A stretch of 64,000 nucleotides of DNA, from NCBI GenBank assembly GCA_964610905.1, contig CAZSYT010000007.1, positions 1,465 through 65,464 on the forward strand. The letters are read 5' to 3'. Made by a program: the position numbers and the translations under genes. Of this stretch, positions 8,738 to 19,199 are shown in pieces; position 1 is the stretch's first letter, and each line of letters begins with the position of its first letter. The notes beneath the pieces were generated by a model. It saw nothing but the letters and a program-made list of their open reading frames with translations. It did no database searches and was not told where the DNA came from. Source of the DNA: an uncultured Acidimicrobiaceae bacterium. Lineage in GTDB: Bacteria; Actinomycetota; Acidimicrobiia; Acidimicrobiales; RAAP-2.

Positions 8738-9144
8738 CGCGAGGCCCCCGCGGCCCGCCGCGGCGTCCGCCGCGCCCAGGCGGCGAGGCCAGCTCCCACG
8801 AAGACGGCCCCGACGAGGAGGTCCGAGGCCCACACCCGTCCGGAGAAGGCGTAGACGGTCAGGATCCGCACCAGCGCGACCGACAGGAGGACGGTGAGGA
8901 CCAGGGACCCTGCTGCCACCACCACCCCGAAGACGACCGCCCGGGCCGCCAGGGTCACCGGTCGCACGGTGCGGTCCCGCACGAGCGCGACCACCGACTC
9001 CACCGTGTCGGCCGCCCGCGACGCCAAGTCGGGGGAGCCGGGCACGGGAGGTGCGGCGGTCGTGCCGGTCGTGCCGGAGGCGCCGGCAGACGGGGGAGGG
9101 GCGGTCGGAGGCTCCGCCGGGGAGCCGTCGAGATCGTCGCTCAT
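8734..9144 (-). CDS. Small membrane protein (two predicted TM helices, Pro/Ala-rich N-terminus), function unknown
   Basis: 136-aa ORF with two hydrophobic segments. It is translationally coupled to trxB by an ATGA overlap. Confidence 0.55.
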   Translation of the reverse strand: MSDDLDGSPAEPPTAPPPSAGASGTTGTTAAPPVPGSPDLASRAADTVESVVALVRDRTVRPVTLAARAVVFGVVVAAGSLVLTVLLSVALVRILTVYAFSGRVWASDLLVGAVFVGAGLAAWARRTPRRAAGASR

Positions 9145-9178
9145 GCGGTCAGGCTAGCCGGCGCACCCGCCGACCTGG

Positions 9179-10012
9179 TCAGCCGCGTCGCAGCATGCAC
9201 ACGCCGATCGTGCCCGGCCCGGTGTGCGTGCCGACCACCGGCCCGAGGTCGACCACGGTGGGCGGGACGGGGACGGCCTCGCCGAGCATGGCGAGGAAGA
9301 CGTCGAGGTCCTCGGCGGCCCCGTCCAGCACGGCCAGGCGCTCGAGGTCGGTGGTGGCGTGCACCTTGTCTGCGAGGTAGCGGAGCGAGCGGGCCCGCGT
9401 CCGCTGCTTCGACTCCTCGCCGACGACCCCGTCACGGACCTGGATGACCGGCTTGATGGACAGGAGCGAGCCGAGGAGCGCCCGGGCTCCGCCGATGCGG
9501 CCGCCCTTCTCGAGGTGCTCGAGGGTGTCGACGACACCGAGGACCTGCACGCGGGGGACGCACCCCTCGGCGCGGCCGGCGACGGCGTCGAGGTCGGCCC
9601 CGGTCGCTGCCGCCTCCGCAGCCTCGAGCACGGTCAGGCCCTCGCCCATGGTGACCGAACGCGAGTCGACGACGCGGACGGGGATGGGGCTGTCCTGGGC
9701 GCCGGCCTGGGCGGCCTGGAAGGTCGCCGACATGTCGGAGGAGATCGTGACGCACACGACCCCGTCGCACCCGTCCTCCGCCGCCTTGCGGTAGGCCTCG
9801 GCGAACGCTCCCGGGGAGGGAGCCGCCGTCTCGGGGAGGTCGGGGCTCGCCTTGCAGCGGGCCCAGAACTCGGCGGCCGGGAGCCCGGGCCAGCTGCTCA
9901 GCTCCTCCGAGCCGAAGCGGATCGTGAGCGGCACGACGACGACCCCGTGCTCGCGGGCCAGCTCGGGGCTCAGGTCGCTGGCGCTATCGGTGACCACCTG
10001 TACCCGGCTCAT
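9179..10012 (-). CDS. DegV family fatty-acid-binding protein
   Basis: The N-terminus MSRVQVVTDSASDLSPELAREHGVVVVPL and the overall 277-aa length are typical of DegV. Confidence 0.86.
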   Translation of the reverse strand: MSRVQVVTDSASDLSPELAREHGVVVVPLTIRFGSEELSSWPGLPAAEFWARCKASPDLPETAAPSPGAFAEAYRKAAEDGCDGVVCVTISSDMSATFQAAQAGAQDSPIPVRVVDSRSVTMGEGLTVLEAAEAAATGADLDAVAGRAEGCVPRVQVLGVVDTLEHLEKGGRIGGARALLGSLLSIKPVIQVRDGVVGEESKQRTRARSLRYLADKVHATTDLERLAVLDGAAEDLDVFLAMLGEAVPVPPTVVDLGPVVGTHTGPGTIGVCMLRRG

Positions 10013-11969
10013 CGGGTCCCTCCTCGTCCGGTCGATCGCCTACGGGCCGCAGGTGGCGGCCGGTGCCTGCCCCCGGCGGGTCGAGTCTGTCACGGAACGG
10101 GCCGTCCGTCGGCCGTCGCGCCTTGGGTCGCTGACCGCTCCAGCGGACACCGGTGCCAGGGCGCGGTGCGGCCGGATCCGCGTCGGAGCCCGGCGGCGCA
10201 CCGGGCTGGCCGGACCTCGCCCTCCCCGCCGAGGGGTGCCAGCGCGACGGGTGGGTCTCCGAGCCGGGTGGCTGGACGAGGACCGTCCGGGGCTCCACGG
10301 CCGGTGCGGCCGGCCCGCCGTCGGGCGTGTGCGCCGGAGGGCCTCGCCGGGCCTCGCGTGCGCCGAGCAGTGCGGCGGTGGCCAGGTAGACGACGCCGCC
10401 GGCGACGAGCGCGAGGAGGACGCGGAGGACGAGGCTGGCATCCGATCGGCCCCCGCTCACCCCCGAGGCCAGCACCATCACGACGCCCATGGCGGCGGTG
10501 GCGAGCGCGACCCGGCGCAGGGGGCGGGTGACCGCCCGGCCCCCGAGGCCGTCGATGCGTCGGTGCATGACCTCGAGGGCGGCGAGGGTGGCGACCGAGT
10601 AGCCGACGGTGAGCGACAGGGCGAGCCCTCGCACCCCGAGCGGACCGACGAGCGCGAGGGCGACGGCGACGGCGACGACGTTCTCGACGAGGTAGAGGAG
10701 GAAGGCGGTGCGCGTGTCCTGCATCGCCTGGAGGGCGCGTACGAGGTAGAAGAACAGGCTGTAGCCGGGGAGCCCGAGCGAGAAGAGGGCGAGGGTGGCG
10801 CCGGTCAGGCTGGCCGCCGCCGGGGTCTCCGCCCCGTGGGCGAGGAGCAGGTCGACGAGCGGGTGCGACAGCACGACCATGGCCACCGTGGCCGGCACGA
10901 TGACGGCGAGCATCCCCCGCATCCCCTGCGCGAAGCGGCGTCGGAAGGCGACGACGTCGCCGACCGCCCAACGTGCCGCCAGTCCCGGCGTCACCGCGCT
11001 CATCACCGAGATGGCAACCACGCCGAAGGGGAGCTGGAAGAACGTGTAGGCGTAGGTGTAGGCGGACACGGCCCCGGGCGTCTTGATGCCGTCCGCCAGG
11101 GCGAGGACCAGCACCAGCACGAGCTGGTTGGCGACAACCAGGGCGAAGGTCCAGCTCGCCAGGCGGACCACCGTGCGGAGCGCCTCGTTGCCCGGCTCCC
11201 AGTGGAAGCGGACGTGCAGGCCGGCTGCCCGCAGCGACGGCGCGAGGAACGCCGCCTGCAGCAGGACACCGGCCGTGGTCCCGATGCCGAGGAGGACCAG
11301 GGCACCGTGGTGCGCCGCCACGCTCGCCAGCGTCGGGTGGGGCACGACGGCGTGGAACCACAGCAGGACGCCGATGGCGAGCACGTTGTTGACGATGGGG
11401 ACGAACATCGGCGCGGCGAACCGCTCGCGGGCGTTCAGCAGTGCCGTGAAGAGCGAGAGCAGGCCGTAGCCGGCCAGCTGGGGGACGAACCACCGCAGCA
11501 GCTCGGTGGCCACCTGCTGCTGGGAGCGGACGTCCGGGCTCGAGTTGGCGACCGTGTAGAGGCGGACGATCTCGGGGGTGAGCACGAAGAACGCGACGGT
11601 GGCGACGGCCAGCAGCACCACGGTGGCGGTGGCCACGGCCGAGATGGCCCGCCAGGCCTCGTCGGGGTCGCGGGTGGTGAGCCGGTCGACGAACACCGGG
11701 ACGAACGTCGCGGCGAGGACCCCGCCGAGCACGATGTCGTGGATGATGTTGGGCGTGGTGTTGGCGAGGTTGTAGGCGTCCGCGAAGCCGGCCCCGCCGA
11801 GGGCGACCGTGACGGCCATCAGGCGCGCCACTCCGGTGACCCGCGACAGCGCCGTGCCGACCGCCATGCCGGTCGTCGCCCCGGCGATGCTGCCGCCGAA
11901 GGAGCGGGGCACCCGCGGACGGGCTCGGGACGGCCCGACCGCCACGCCGGAGGCACCGCGATCGGTCAC
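9984..11969 (-). CDS. murJ: Lipid II flippase MurJ/MviN with a disordered C-terminal tail
   Basis: MurJ N-terminal signature (ALSRVTGVARLMAVTVALGGAGFADAYNLANTTPNIIHDIVLGGVLAATFVPVF) and many TM segments. The GTG start overlaps the upstream stop as GTGA at 11966-11969. The 2039-aa track ORF is a read-through artefact. Confidence 0.87.
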   Translation of the reverse strand: MTDRGASGVAVGPSRARPRVPRSFGGSIAGATTGMAVGTALSRVTGVARLMAVTVALGGAGFADAYNLANTTPNIIHDIVLGGVLAATFVPVFVDRLTTRDPDEAWRAISAVATATVVLLAVATVAFFVLTPEIVRLYTVANSSPDVRSQQQVATELLRWFVPQLAGYGLLSLFTALLNARERFAAPMFVPIVNNVLAIGVLLWFHAVVPHPTLASVAAHHGALVLLGIGTTAGVLLQAAFLAPSLRAAGLHVRFHWEPGNEALRTVVRLASWTFALVVANQLVLVLVLALADGIKTPGAVSAYTYAYTFFQLPFGVVAISVMSAVTPGLAARWAVGDVVAFRRRFAQGMRGMLAVIVPATVAMVVLSHPLVDLLLAHGAETPAAASLTGATLALFSLGLPGYSLFFYLVRALQAMQDTRTAFLLYLVENVVAVAVALALVGPLGVRGLALSLTVGYSVATLAALEVMHRRIDGLGGRAVTRPLRRVALATAAMGVVMVLASGVSGGRSDASLVLRVLLALVAGGVVYLATAALLGAREARRGPPAHTPDGGPAAPAVEPRTVLVQPPGSETHPSRWHPSAGRARSGQPGAPPGSDADPAAPRPGTGVRWSGQRPKARRPTDGPFRDRLDPPGAGTGRHLRPVGDRPDEEGPDEPGTGGHR

Positions 11970-14302
11970 GGCTGCGCCTCGGGACCGTCCGGGGCGGTTC
12001 GCCGGGCAGCTCGCCTGCGTACCCCCGTGCGTACCCACCAGCCGACGAGCACGGCGATCGCTCCCAGCGTGAGCAGGACGCCGACCACCGACGTCGCCGT
12101 CGACCGCACGCTCAGGACGCCGTCGGTGAGCACGAGCCCACCGGTGGGGGAGCGGACCTCGACCTCGACCTTGAACTCGCCGGAGACGCGCGTCCGCACG
12201 TCCACGTAGACGACGTTGGTCGAGTGGTCGAGGTCGACGGGCTGGGAGATGCGGGTCTGGCCGTTGGTGAAGATGAGCTTGTCGCTGGAGAGCGTGAGCA
12301 CGGCCGAGACCGGGAAGGTGGCGGCCGAGTCGATGGTGACCGGGATGCGGGCCTTGCGGGAGGTCAGGGTCAGGCTCTGGTCGCCAGAGACCCCGAAGGT
12401 GGCGAGCTGGTCGTCGAGGGCCCGGCCGGCGGCGGTGGCGAGGCGTGCCTGCTCCGGTGGGCGCAGCCCGGCCGCCTCGCTCGAGAGCACGAGGTCGGAG
12501 AGGCGGCGCACCAGCTTCTGGGCCGTCGCTCCCGACCCGGCCAGCGCCGACGAGAAGGAGCCGATCCGCTGGCGGACGCCGCGGATCGCCGCCGCCGGGA
12601 GCGGCGAGCCGCTCGTGCCGGCAGCGTCGAGCCGGCAGGACGGGCAGGCCGACGCGACCGGGAACGTCGTGAAGATCCCCGACAGGGTGACGGGCTCGAC
12701 CACCGGGTCGCTCCCCAGCCCGCCGAGCAGCGTGTCGAGGAAGGCGCCCCGGGGCGACCACCCGGCCGGCGGCACGGCGACGACCGCTCGGGGCACCGTC
12801 TCGTTGGGGGCCTCGAAGTAGACCTGGGCGAGCTCGGCGAGGAGCTGGTGGGCGGCGAGCACGGGGTTCCCGGGGTCGGCGCCGAACCGGACGGTGAGGT
12901 CGGCGTCCGACGGCATCACCGTCACCGTCGTCGCGCGGCCGGCGTCGACGGCGAACGGCGTGGCCGTCGATCCCCCGGCGGGGGACCGGCTGGTCGTCGA
13001 CGTGGTGACGTCGTTGCCCGGGACGACGACGTGGGAGTACCCGGCGGCGCCGAGGGCGTCGAGCGCCGCGGGGTCGAGCGGGCCGGTGCCCACCCAGGTC
13101 GACCGGGCAGCCGTCGCGGCCGGAGCGGGGAGCAGGCCGGCGATCGCCTGGCGGCCGCTCGTCGTCTGGGCGTCGAGCTCGCCGGCGAGCCCGGAGGCCA
13201 CGAGGGCGGGAACGTCGACCGAGGTGTAGGTCCCCGCCAGGACCTCGTGGGCCTGTCCGGCGAGCACCTGGCGCAGGGCGCCCGCGAGGGTCGGGGTGCC
13301 GCCGCCGAGGACGGACTGGGCCGTCTGGCCGCTCAGCGCCACGGTGGCGTCGACCGACGGGTGGCGCGCGAACGCCGTCGTCGCGCCCTTCAACGCCTCG
13401 AGCTGGGACGTCGGCACCGGGGCGAGCGCGGCCAGCGGGTCGCGTCGGACCGCGGCCGCCGAGGCGCCCGACGCGTGCCGCGTCACGTCGAAGGGGACCA
13501 CGGTGGCGACCCGGAGCCGCTGGGTGCCGGTGGTCGTCCCCAGGTAGACGAGGTCGGTCGTGAGGGCGTCGACCGTCCTGCCGGTCGAGGTCTCGACCAG
13601 GGAGACCCGCATCGGGTAGACGCCGTCGGGGAACGCCTGGCAGCCGCTGGAGCGCAGCACGACGGTGAAGGGCGCGGCCGTCGGCGTGCTGCTCCCGGTG
13701 CCCGTCCCCGTCGCGCCCGTCCCCGTCGCGCCCGTCGCACCGGTCGGAGCCCCGGGCACCTCGACCGGCAGGGCGAGGGCGACCGTGCCTCGAGCGGCAC
13801 CGGCAGCCGGGGGGAGCGACGACCACGGCAGTGCCGTCGGCGTCCGGGCGGCGGGCACGCCCACCGGCCCCTGGCCGGCGAGCGCCTGGTCGAAGGCGGA
13901 GACGCTCGAGAGGCAGCCGTAGACGGCGAGATCGATGGACAGGGACGAGGGTGGGGGCGTCGACGCCCCCAGGCGGAGCTGGAGCGAGAACGTCTGGCCC
14001 GGTCCGACCCAGCTCGACTGGGAGACGAGCACGAGCGCGGGGCCCGACGGTGACCGCACGAGCACGGGCGAGGCGGGCGGGCCCGGCGAGGCGCCGGCCG
14101 TCGGGGCCGCCGCCACCAGCGCGAGCAGGGTGGCCGACCCGGCGAGCGCGGCCCACGCGGTCCAGCGGCGGTGCCCTCCGTCCCGCCGGCGGGGTCGGTG
14201 CCGCCGGCGGGGTCGGTGCCGCAGACGCAGCCCCGACCGCCGTGACACTGCGCCTGGGGTATGGCCGTCGCGCCCCTCCGCGCTGCCTGCATGCCGGTCC
14301 AC
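11966..14302 (-). CDS. Large secreted or membrane-anchored conserved actinobacterial protein encoded upstream of murJ (Rv3909-like position); C-terminal TM anchor
   Basis: Signal-like segment WAALAGSATLLALVAAAPTAGA, a long Ala/Thr/Gly/Pro-rich extracytoplasmic body, and a C-terminal TM helix (VVGVLLTLGAIAVLVGWWV). It is coupled to murJ. The exact start is uncertain. Confidence 0.65.
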   Translation of the reverse strand: MDRHAGSAEGRDGHTPGAVSRRSGLRLRHRPRRRHRPRRRDGGHRRWTAWAALAGSATLLALVAAAPTAGASPGPPASPVLVRSPSGPALVLVSQSSWVGPGQTFSLQLRLGASTPPPSSLSIDLAVYGCLSSVSAFDQALAGQGPVGVPAARTPTALPWSSLPPAAGAARGTVALALPVEVPGAPTGATGATGTGATGTGTGSSTPTAAPFTVVLRSSGCQAFPDGVYPMRVSLVETSTGRTVDALTTDLVYLGTTTGTQRLRVATVVPFDVTRHASGASAAAVRRDPLAALAPVPTSQLEALKGATTAFARHPSVDATVALSGQTAQSVLGGGTPTLAGALRQVLAGQAHEVLAGTYTSVDVPALVASGLAGELDAQTTSGRQAIAGLLPAPAATAARSTWVGTGPLDPAALDALGAAGYSHVVVPGNDVTTSTTSRSPAGGSTATPFAVDAGRATTVTVMPSDADLTVRFGADPGNPVLAAHQLLAELAQVYFEAPNETVPRAVVAVPPAGWSPRGAFLDTLLGGLGSDPVVEPVTLSGIFTTFPVASACPSCRLDAAGTSGSPLPAAAIRGVRQRIGSFSSALAGSGATAQKLVRRLSDLVLSSEAAGLRPPEQARLATAAGRALDDQLATFGVSGDQSLTLTSRKARIPVTIDSAATFPVSAVLTLSSDKLIFTNGQTRISQPVDLDHSTNVVYVDVRTRVSGEFKVEVEVRSPTGGLVLTDGVLSVRSTATSVVGVLLTLGAIAVLVGWWVRTGVRRRAARRTAPDGPEAQP
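13701..13739 (-). repeat. 2.6 x 15-bp in-frame tandem repeat (GATGT-type) inside the secreted protein gene
   Basis: cccgtccccgtcgcg occurs twice and is followed by a partial copy. Confidence 0.8.
14184..14219 (-). repeat. 2 x 18-bp perfect tandem duplication near the annotated 5' end of the secreted protein gene
   Basis: cgccggcggggtcggtgc occurs twice back to back. On the minus strand it encodes a repeated RHRPRR. Confidence 0.85.
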
Positions 14303-14342
14303 TTCGCCGGCAGCCTACGCCAGGCGCACTACCCTCGGCACC

Positions 14343-15746
14343 GTGCTGCCCGAGCGTGTGCGACCCCTGGTGGATGCCACCGCCGAGCTGTCGCAGCGCT
14401 TCGAGTCGGCCGGGCACGCCCTCTACCTCGTGGGCGGCTCCGTTCGCGACGCCATCGTCGCCGGGGACGGCGTCGGAGGTGGTCCCGGCGACGACCTCGA
14501 CTTCACCACCGACGCCCGGCCCGACGAGATCGAGCAGGCGGTGGAGGGCTGGGCGGACGCCGTCTGGACGCAGGGGAAGCGCTTCGGCACCATCGCCTGC
14601 CTGCACCACGGCCGGCGTTTCGAGATCACCACCCACCGTGCCGAGGCGTACGACCCGTCCTCGCGCAAGCCCGAGGTCGCCTACGGCGACCGCGTCGAGG
14701 ACGACCTGGCACGACGCGACTTTACCGTGAACGCCATGGCGCTCCGGCTGCCCGACCTCGAGCTGGTCGACCCCTACGGGGGCCTCGTCGACCTGGCTGC
14801 CCACCGCCTGGCCACGCCGCTCGACCCGACCGTCGCCTTCGACGACGACCCGCTGCGGATGCTCAGGGCGGCGCGCTTCGCCGCCAAGCTCGACCTCCAG
14901 CCGACGCCCGACCTCGTCGAGGCGGTCCGCCGGGGCCACCACCGCCTCTCGATCGTCTCGGCCGAGCGGATCCGCGACGAGCTCGACAAGATCCTCGTGC
15001 TGCCCGTGCCGTCGGTGGCGCTGTGGTTCGTCGTCGACACCGGGCTGGCCGACGAGTTCCTCCCCGAGCTGCCCGCCCTCGCCCTCGAGCAGGACCCGGT
15101 CCACCGGCACAAGGACGTGCTCGCCCACACCCTCGCCGTGGTCGACAAGACGAGCCCCGACCGCATCCTGCGCCTGGCGGCCCTCTTCCACGACGTGGGC
15201 AAGCCCCGCACCCGGGCGTTCGCCCCCGGTGGCGTGACGTTCCACCACCACGAGGTGGTGGGGGCCCGCATGACCCGGCAGCGGATGACGGCGCTGCGCT
15301 ACGCCAAGGAGGACGTCGACCAGGTGACCGAGCTGGTCCACCTCCACCTGCGCTTCCACACGTACCGCCTCGGGTGGACCGACAAGGCGGTGCGCCGGTA
15401 CGTGCGCGACGCCGGCCCGCTGCTCGAGCGCCTGAACGAGCTGACGAGGTGCGACTGCACGACGCGCAACGCCGCCAAGGCCCGGGCCCTGGCACGGCGG
15501 ATGGACGAGCTCGAGGCGCGCATCGCCGAGCTTCGCGAGCGAGAGGAGCTCGATGCCATGCGGCCCGACCTCGACGGGCGGGCCGTCATGGAGCTCCTCG
15601 GCGTCCCCCCCGGTCCGGTGGTGGGACGCGCCCTCGCCTTCCTGATGGAGCTCCGCATGGACGAGGGCCCGCTGGGTCCCGACGAGGCCGCCCGCCGCCT
15701 GCTGCGGTGGTGGGAGGAGGAGGGCGCCGCGGACCGGGCCCGCTAG
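14343..15746 (+). CDS. cca: CCA-adding tRNA nucleotidyltransferase / poly(A) polymerase family protein with an HD domain
   Basis: LVGGSVRD and DLDFTT nucleotidyltransferase motifs and an HD-type segment (HRHKDVLAHTL...FHDVGKP). The start was set at the in-frame GTG at 14343, after the divergent gene ends. Confidence 0.85.
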   Translation: MLPERVRPLVDATAELSQRFESAGHALYLVGGSVRDAIVAGDGVGGGPGDDLDFTTDARPDEIEQAVEGWADAVWTQGKRFGTIACLHHGRRFEITTHRAEAYDPSSRKPEVAYGDRVEDDLARRDFTVNAMALRLPDLELVDPYGGLVDLAAHRLATPLDPTVAFDDDPLRMLRAARFAAKLDLQPTPDLVEAVRRGHHRLSIVSAERIRDELDKILVLPVPSVALWFVVDTGLADEFLPELPALALEQDPVHRHKDVLAHTLAVVDKTSPDRILRLAALFHDVGKPRTRAFAPGGVTFHHHEVVGARMTRQRMTALRYAKEDVDQVTELVHLHLRFHTYRLGWTDKAVRRYVRDAGPLLERLNELTRCDCTTRNAAKARALARRMDELEARIAELREREELDAMRPDLDGRAVMELLGVPPGPVVGRALAFLMELRMDEGPLGPDEAARRLLRWWEEEGAADRAR

Positions 15747-16900
15747 GCGACCCAGCGGCGGAGCCGGACGGCGGCCAGGGCCCAGAGGCCCACGGCGAAC
15801 GCCACGAGCACCCCGAGCTCGGGCGCGATGCCGGCGAGGGAGACGCCCCGGGCGACGAGGGCCGTCCACGCGTCGACGGCCCAGGCCTGCGGGGTGACGT
15901 GGCCGATCTCGCGCATGACCGGGGTCACGATCGCCAGCGGCCACATGCACCCGCCGAGCATGGCGAAGGCGATGCCCACGGCAGGGCCGATGGCGCTGGC
16001 CTGCTCGGGGGTCCGGAACAACGTCCCCGACAGCATGCCCGCCCCGGCGCTGACCAGCGACCACACCACCACGAGGGCCGCCGCCCCCAGCGGGTCGCCC
16101 CACGAGACGCCGAAGGCGGCCGCCCCGACGACGACGATGAGGGCCGACTGGGCGAGCGTGACCGAGAGGGCGCCGAGGGTCTCGCCGGCCACGACGGCCA
16201 CCGCTCGGACCGGTGCGGCCGACATCCGCTCGTACATGCCGAGCCTGCGGGTCTCCACCACCGTGGCACCGGCGGCCAGCGCGTTGAGGAAGACGAAGAG
16301 CACGAGCATGGTGGGGGCGCTGTAGGAGTACCCCTGGGGGAGGATGGTGGCGGCGGCGTCGACGACACGGGGCGTGACGTCCACCCGGGCGACGCCGCTC
16401 GCAGCGGCGGCGGCACGGGCCAGGTTGGCGTCGTAGGTGCCGCTCACCTGGTGGTCCGCGAAGACGGCGGCCTGGGCGAGGCCGCCCTGGCGGGCCACCA
16501 CGGCGCTCACCGCCGCCGCCGCCGCTTGCTGGGTGCTGTTGGACTGCTCGGCCAGCACGGCGACGTCGACGGACCGGCCGGCTCGCAGCGCCTCGTCCAT
16601 GCCGGCGGGGAGCACGACGGCGGTGCTCAGGTCGGCCCGGGCGACCGCGGTGCGCGCCGCCGACACGCTCGGCTCCGGGCGCACGTCGAGGTCGGGGGCC
16701 CGCTCGAGGGCCGAGACGAGGGAACGACCGGCCTGGCCTGCGCCCTCGTCGACGACGCCGACCCGGAACGTCGAGAACCCGCTGACCGAGGCTCCCACCA
16801 CCAGGATGACGAGGACCGGGAGGACGACGAGGAAGAAGAGCGCCGTGCGGTCCCGCCCGAGGCGCCGCAGCGAGACGCCGGCGACGGCGAACGCGCTCAC
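15743..16900 (-). CDS. ABC-2 type transporter permease
   Basis: An N-terminal TM helix, a large extracytoplasmic loop and a C-terminal cluster of TM helices typical of ABC-2 permeases. The GTG start overlaps the upstream stop as GTGA. Confidence 0.75.
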   Translation of the reverse strand: MSAFAVAGVSLRRLGRDRTALFFLVVLPVLVILVVGASVSGFSTFRVGVVDEGAGQAGRSLVSALERAPDLDVRPEPSVSAARTAVARADLSTAVVLPAGMDEALRAGRSVDVAVLAEQSNSTQQAAAAAVSAVVARQGGLAQAAVFADHQVSGTYDANLARAAAAASGVARVDVTPRVVDAAATILPQGYSYSAPTMLVLFVFLNALAAGATVVETRRLGMYERMSAAPVRAVAVVAGETLGALSVTLAQSALIVVVGAAAFGVSWGDPLGAAALVVVWSLVSAGAGMLSGTLFRTPEQASAIGPAVGIAFAMLGGCMWPLAIVTPVMREIGHVTPQAWAVDAWTALVARGVSLAGIAPELGVLVAFAVGLWALAAVRLRRWVA

Positions 16901-18072
16901 GAGGTCACCGCCCGTCGGGCCAGCGCCGCGGCCACCGCACCGGTCGCCGCGGTGAAGGCGAGGATGGCGACGACGGGGACGGCGACCGTGCCGAGCCCGC
17001 CTCCCGTCGTGGCGAGGTCGGTGTAGGCCCGGAGCGCCCACCCGTTGGGCGTGAGCAGGGCCAGGTGCTGCAGGAGGCCAGGCGTCGCCGACACGAAGAC
17101 GAAATTGCCTCCGACGAGGGCCAGCCCGAAGACGACCACCGCGGCGATGCCCTCGGCCTGGCGCTGGCTCCGCGACACGCCGATCACCAGCGCGGTGAGG
17201 GACACGACGGCGAGCACCATGGCCGCCCCGACGACGATCGCGGCGAGCGGGTCACCCCAGCGGGCGCCGAAGGCCACCGACGTCACGAGAGCGATGGTGG
17301 CAAGGCTGCCCGCGCCGAAGACGAAGGCGGAGAGGGCCTTGCCGAGGAGGATGGCGAGCGGTCGCACCGGTGCGGCACGGGTTCGGTCGAGCATCCCCTC
17401 GGCTCGCTCGACGAAGAAGCTGCGAGCCGTGAAGCTCACGGTGAACAGGACGAAGAAGATGGCCATCGCCGGGCTGTAGTAGCTGACCGGGGCGAGGGGC
17501 ACGGAGCCGACGGGCCGCTGGACGAGCTGCAGCGGGATGTGCAGCGTGGCCGCCTCGGCGGCGAGCCGGGCCGACGCCGACACCGGGGCGCCGGCTGCCA
17601 GCGCGGTGGCGACGGACAGTCGGTCGGCGTTGAGCTGGGCAACGAACGACGACGTGATGGCCGCGGTCACGCTGCCCGCCACCGCGTTGTCGACGCTGGT
17701 GAGGGTGGCGAGGCCGAGCGGGTGCGCGCCGGCCAGGGAGGCCGAGAAGCCGGCCGGGACGACGAGGGCGGCGGCGACGCGCTTCGAGCGGACGGCGGCG
17801 GTTGCCGCAGCGCGGTCGGCCAGGGGCACGACGGTGACCAGCTTGGCCAGCGACGGTTGGCGGAGCGCCTCGACGAGCCCGGTGGCCGCCGGCCCGCCGT
17901 CGGCGTCGACGACGCCGAGGGAGAAGTGGAACGTGGCGGCTCCCGAGACGGCCAGGCTCAACAGGGCGGCGATGACGAGCGGCGCGATGACGGCGATGAC
18001 GAGCGCCGAGCGGTCCCGGAGGCGCTGGCGCAGGTCCTTGCCGGCGATGTGGAACGCGGCGCCCACGGTCAC
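16897..18072 (-). CDS. ABC-2 type transporter permease (paralogous second subunit)
   Basis: Same architecture as the neighbouring permease (HIAGKDLRQRLRDRSALVIAVIAPLVI...). GTGA overlap with the ATPase stop. Confidence 0.75.
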   Translation of the reverse strand: MTVGAAFHIAGKDLRQRLRDRSALVIAVIAPLVIAALLSLAVSGAATFHFSLGVVDADGGPAATGLVEALRQPSLAKLVTVVPLADRAAATAAVRSKRVAAALVVPAGFSASLAGAHPLGLATLTSVDNAVAGSVTAAITSSFVAQLNADRLSVATALAAGAPVSASARLAAEAATLHIPLQLVQRPVGSVPLAPVSYYSPAMAIFFVLFTVSFTARSFFVERAEGMLDRTRAAPVRPLAILLGKALSAFVFGAGSLATIALVTSVAFGARWGDPLAAIVVGAAMVLAVVSLTALVIGVSRSQRQAEGIAAVVVFGLALVGGNFVFVSATPGLLQHLALLTPNGWALRAYTDLATTGGGLGTVAVPVVAILAFTAATGAVAAALARRAVTS

Positions 18073-19070
18073 TCCCGCAGGGCGGTGCCCGTCAGGTGGA
18101 GGAAGACGGCCTCGAGGTCCGGCTCCACCACCTCCACGCTCGCCACGGCGGCGCCGACCCGCTCGGCGGCCTCGAAGAGCGCCGGGAGGACGCGTCGGCC
18201 GTCCTCGGCCACCAGGTCGACGCCGGTGCCGGTCACGGCCGCGTGCCGGACCCCGGGCACGTGCCGGCACGCCGATGCCAGCGCCTCGAGGTCTCCGCTC
18301 GCGGCCAGCGAGATCCGGTCCTGCTCGCCGAGCCGGGCCACGAGCTCGCGGCGGGTGCCCTCGGCGACGAGGGCTCCCCGGTCGAGGATCCCGACGCGGT
18401 CGCAGACCCGCTCGGCCTCCTCCATGTAGTGGGTGGTGTAGAGGACCGCCACGCCCTCGGCGGCCAGGGCGCGCACCCGCTCGAGCAGGGCGTGCCGGCT
18501 CTGCGGGTCGACCCCCGCAGTGGGCTCGTCGAGGACGAGCAGCGCCGGTCGGTGCAGCAGTCCCGCTGCCAGGTTGAGGCGACGCTTCATGCCGCCCGAG
18601 AACGACTCCACCCGCTCGTTCCCGCGCTCGGCGAGGTCGCCGAGGGCGAGCGCCTCGTCCACGCGACGCCGGAGCAGCGAGCCGCGCAGGCCGTAGAGAC
18701 GGCCGAGGAAGGCGAGGTTCTCGGCGGCGGTCAGGTCGGGGTAGAGGGCGACCTCCTGGGGGACGTAGCCCACCCGGGCCCGCACGGCCAGGTCGTCCGC
18801 CACGTCGCGCCCTTCCACCGTGACCGTCCCGGCGTCGGGGACGAGCAGTCCGCAGACCATCTTGATGGTGGTCGTCTTGCCCGCCCCGTTGGGGCCGAGG
18901 AGCCCGTAGACCTCGCCGGCGGCGACGGCGAAGCCGACCCCGTCGACGGCGTCCCGGTCACCGAAGCGCTTGGACAGGCCGTCGCACGCCAGGAGGGGCC
19001 TGCCGACCCGTGCCTGGTCGCGGTGCTCGTCGGGGACGACGAACGGCCGGCCCGATACCTGCCTCACCAC
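18069..19070 (-). CDS. ABC transporter ATP-binding protein
   Basis: Walker [10 protein letters not shown], signature FSGGMKRRL and Walker B LLVLDEP. The start may be slightly downstream. Confidence 0.88.
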   Translation of the reverse strand: MVRQVSGRPFVVPDEHRDQARVGRPLLACDGLSKRFGDRDAVDGVGFAVAAGEVYGLLGPNGAGKTTTIKMVCGLLVPDAGTVTVEGRDVADDLAVRARVGYVPQEVALYPDLTAAENLAFLGRLYGLRGSLLRRRVDEALALGDLAERGNERVESFSGGMKRRLNLAAGLLHRPALLVLDEPTAGVDPQSRHALLERVRALAAEGVAVLYTTHYMEEAERVCDRVGILDRGALVAEGTRRELVARLGEQDRISLAASGDLEALASACRHVPGVRHAAVTGTGVDLVAEDGRRVLPALFEAAERVGAAVASVEVVEPDLEAVFLHLTGTALRE

Positions 19071-19199
19071 CGCCGTCCACCCGAGCCTGGGCGCGCCATG
19101 CGTTCATGGTGGGCACGCAGCCGCCCCCTCGACCAGGGGCGAACGTCACCGCGCTCGTCCTCCCGGCCGGGCGCTCGCCGGTCGGTCGGGCGAAGGGGC

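Noticed and set aside
9984-16103. 2039-aa minus-strand ORF in the six-frame track
   Set aside because: Only the last 661 codons (murJ) look like a protein. The upstream part is Arg/Pro/Gly-rich, runs antisense or out of frame through the secreted-protein gene, cca and the ABC permease, and is a typical high-GC open-frame artefact.
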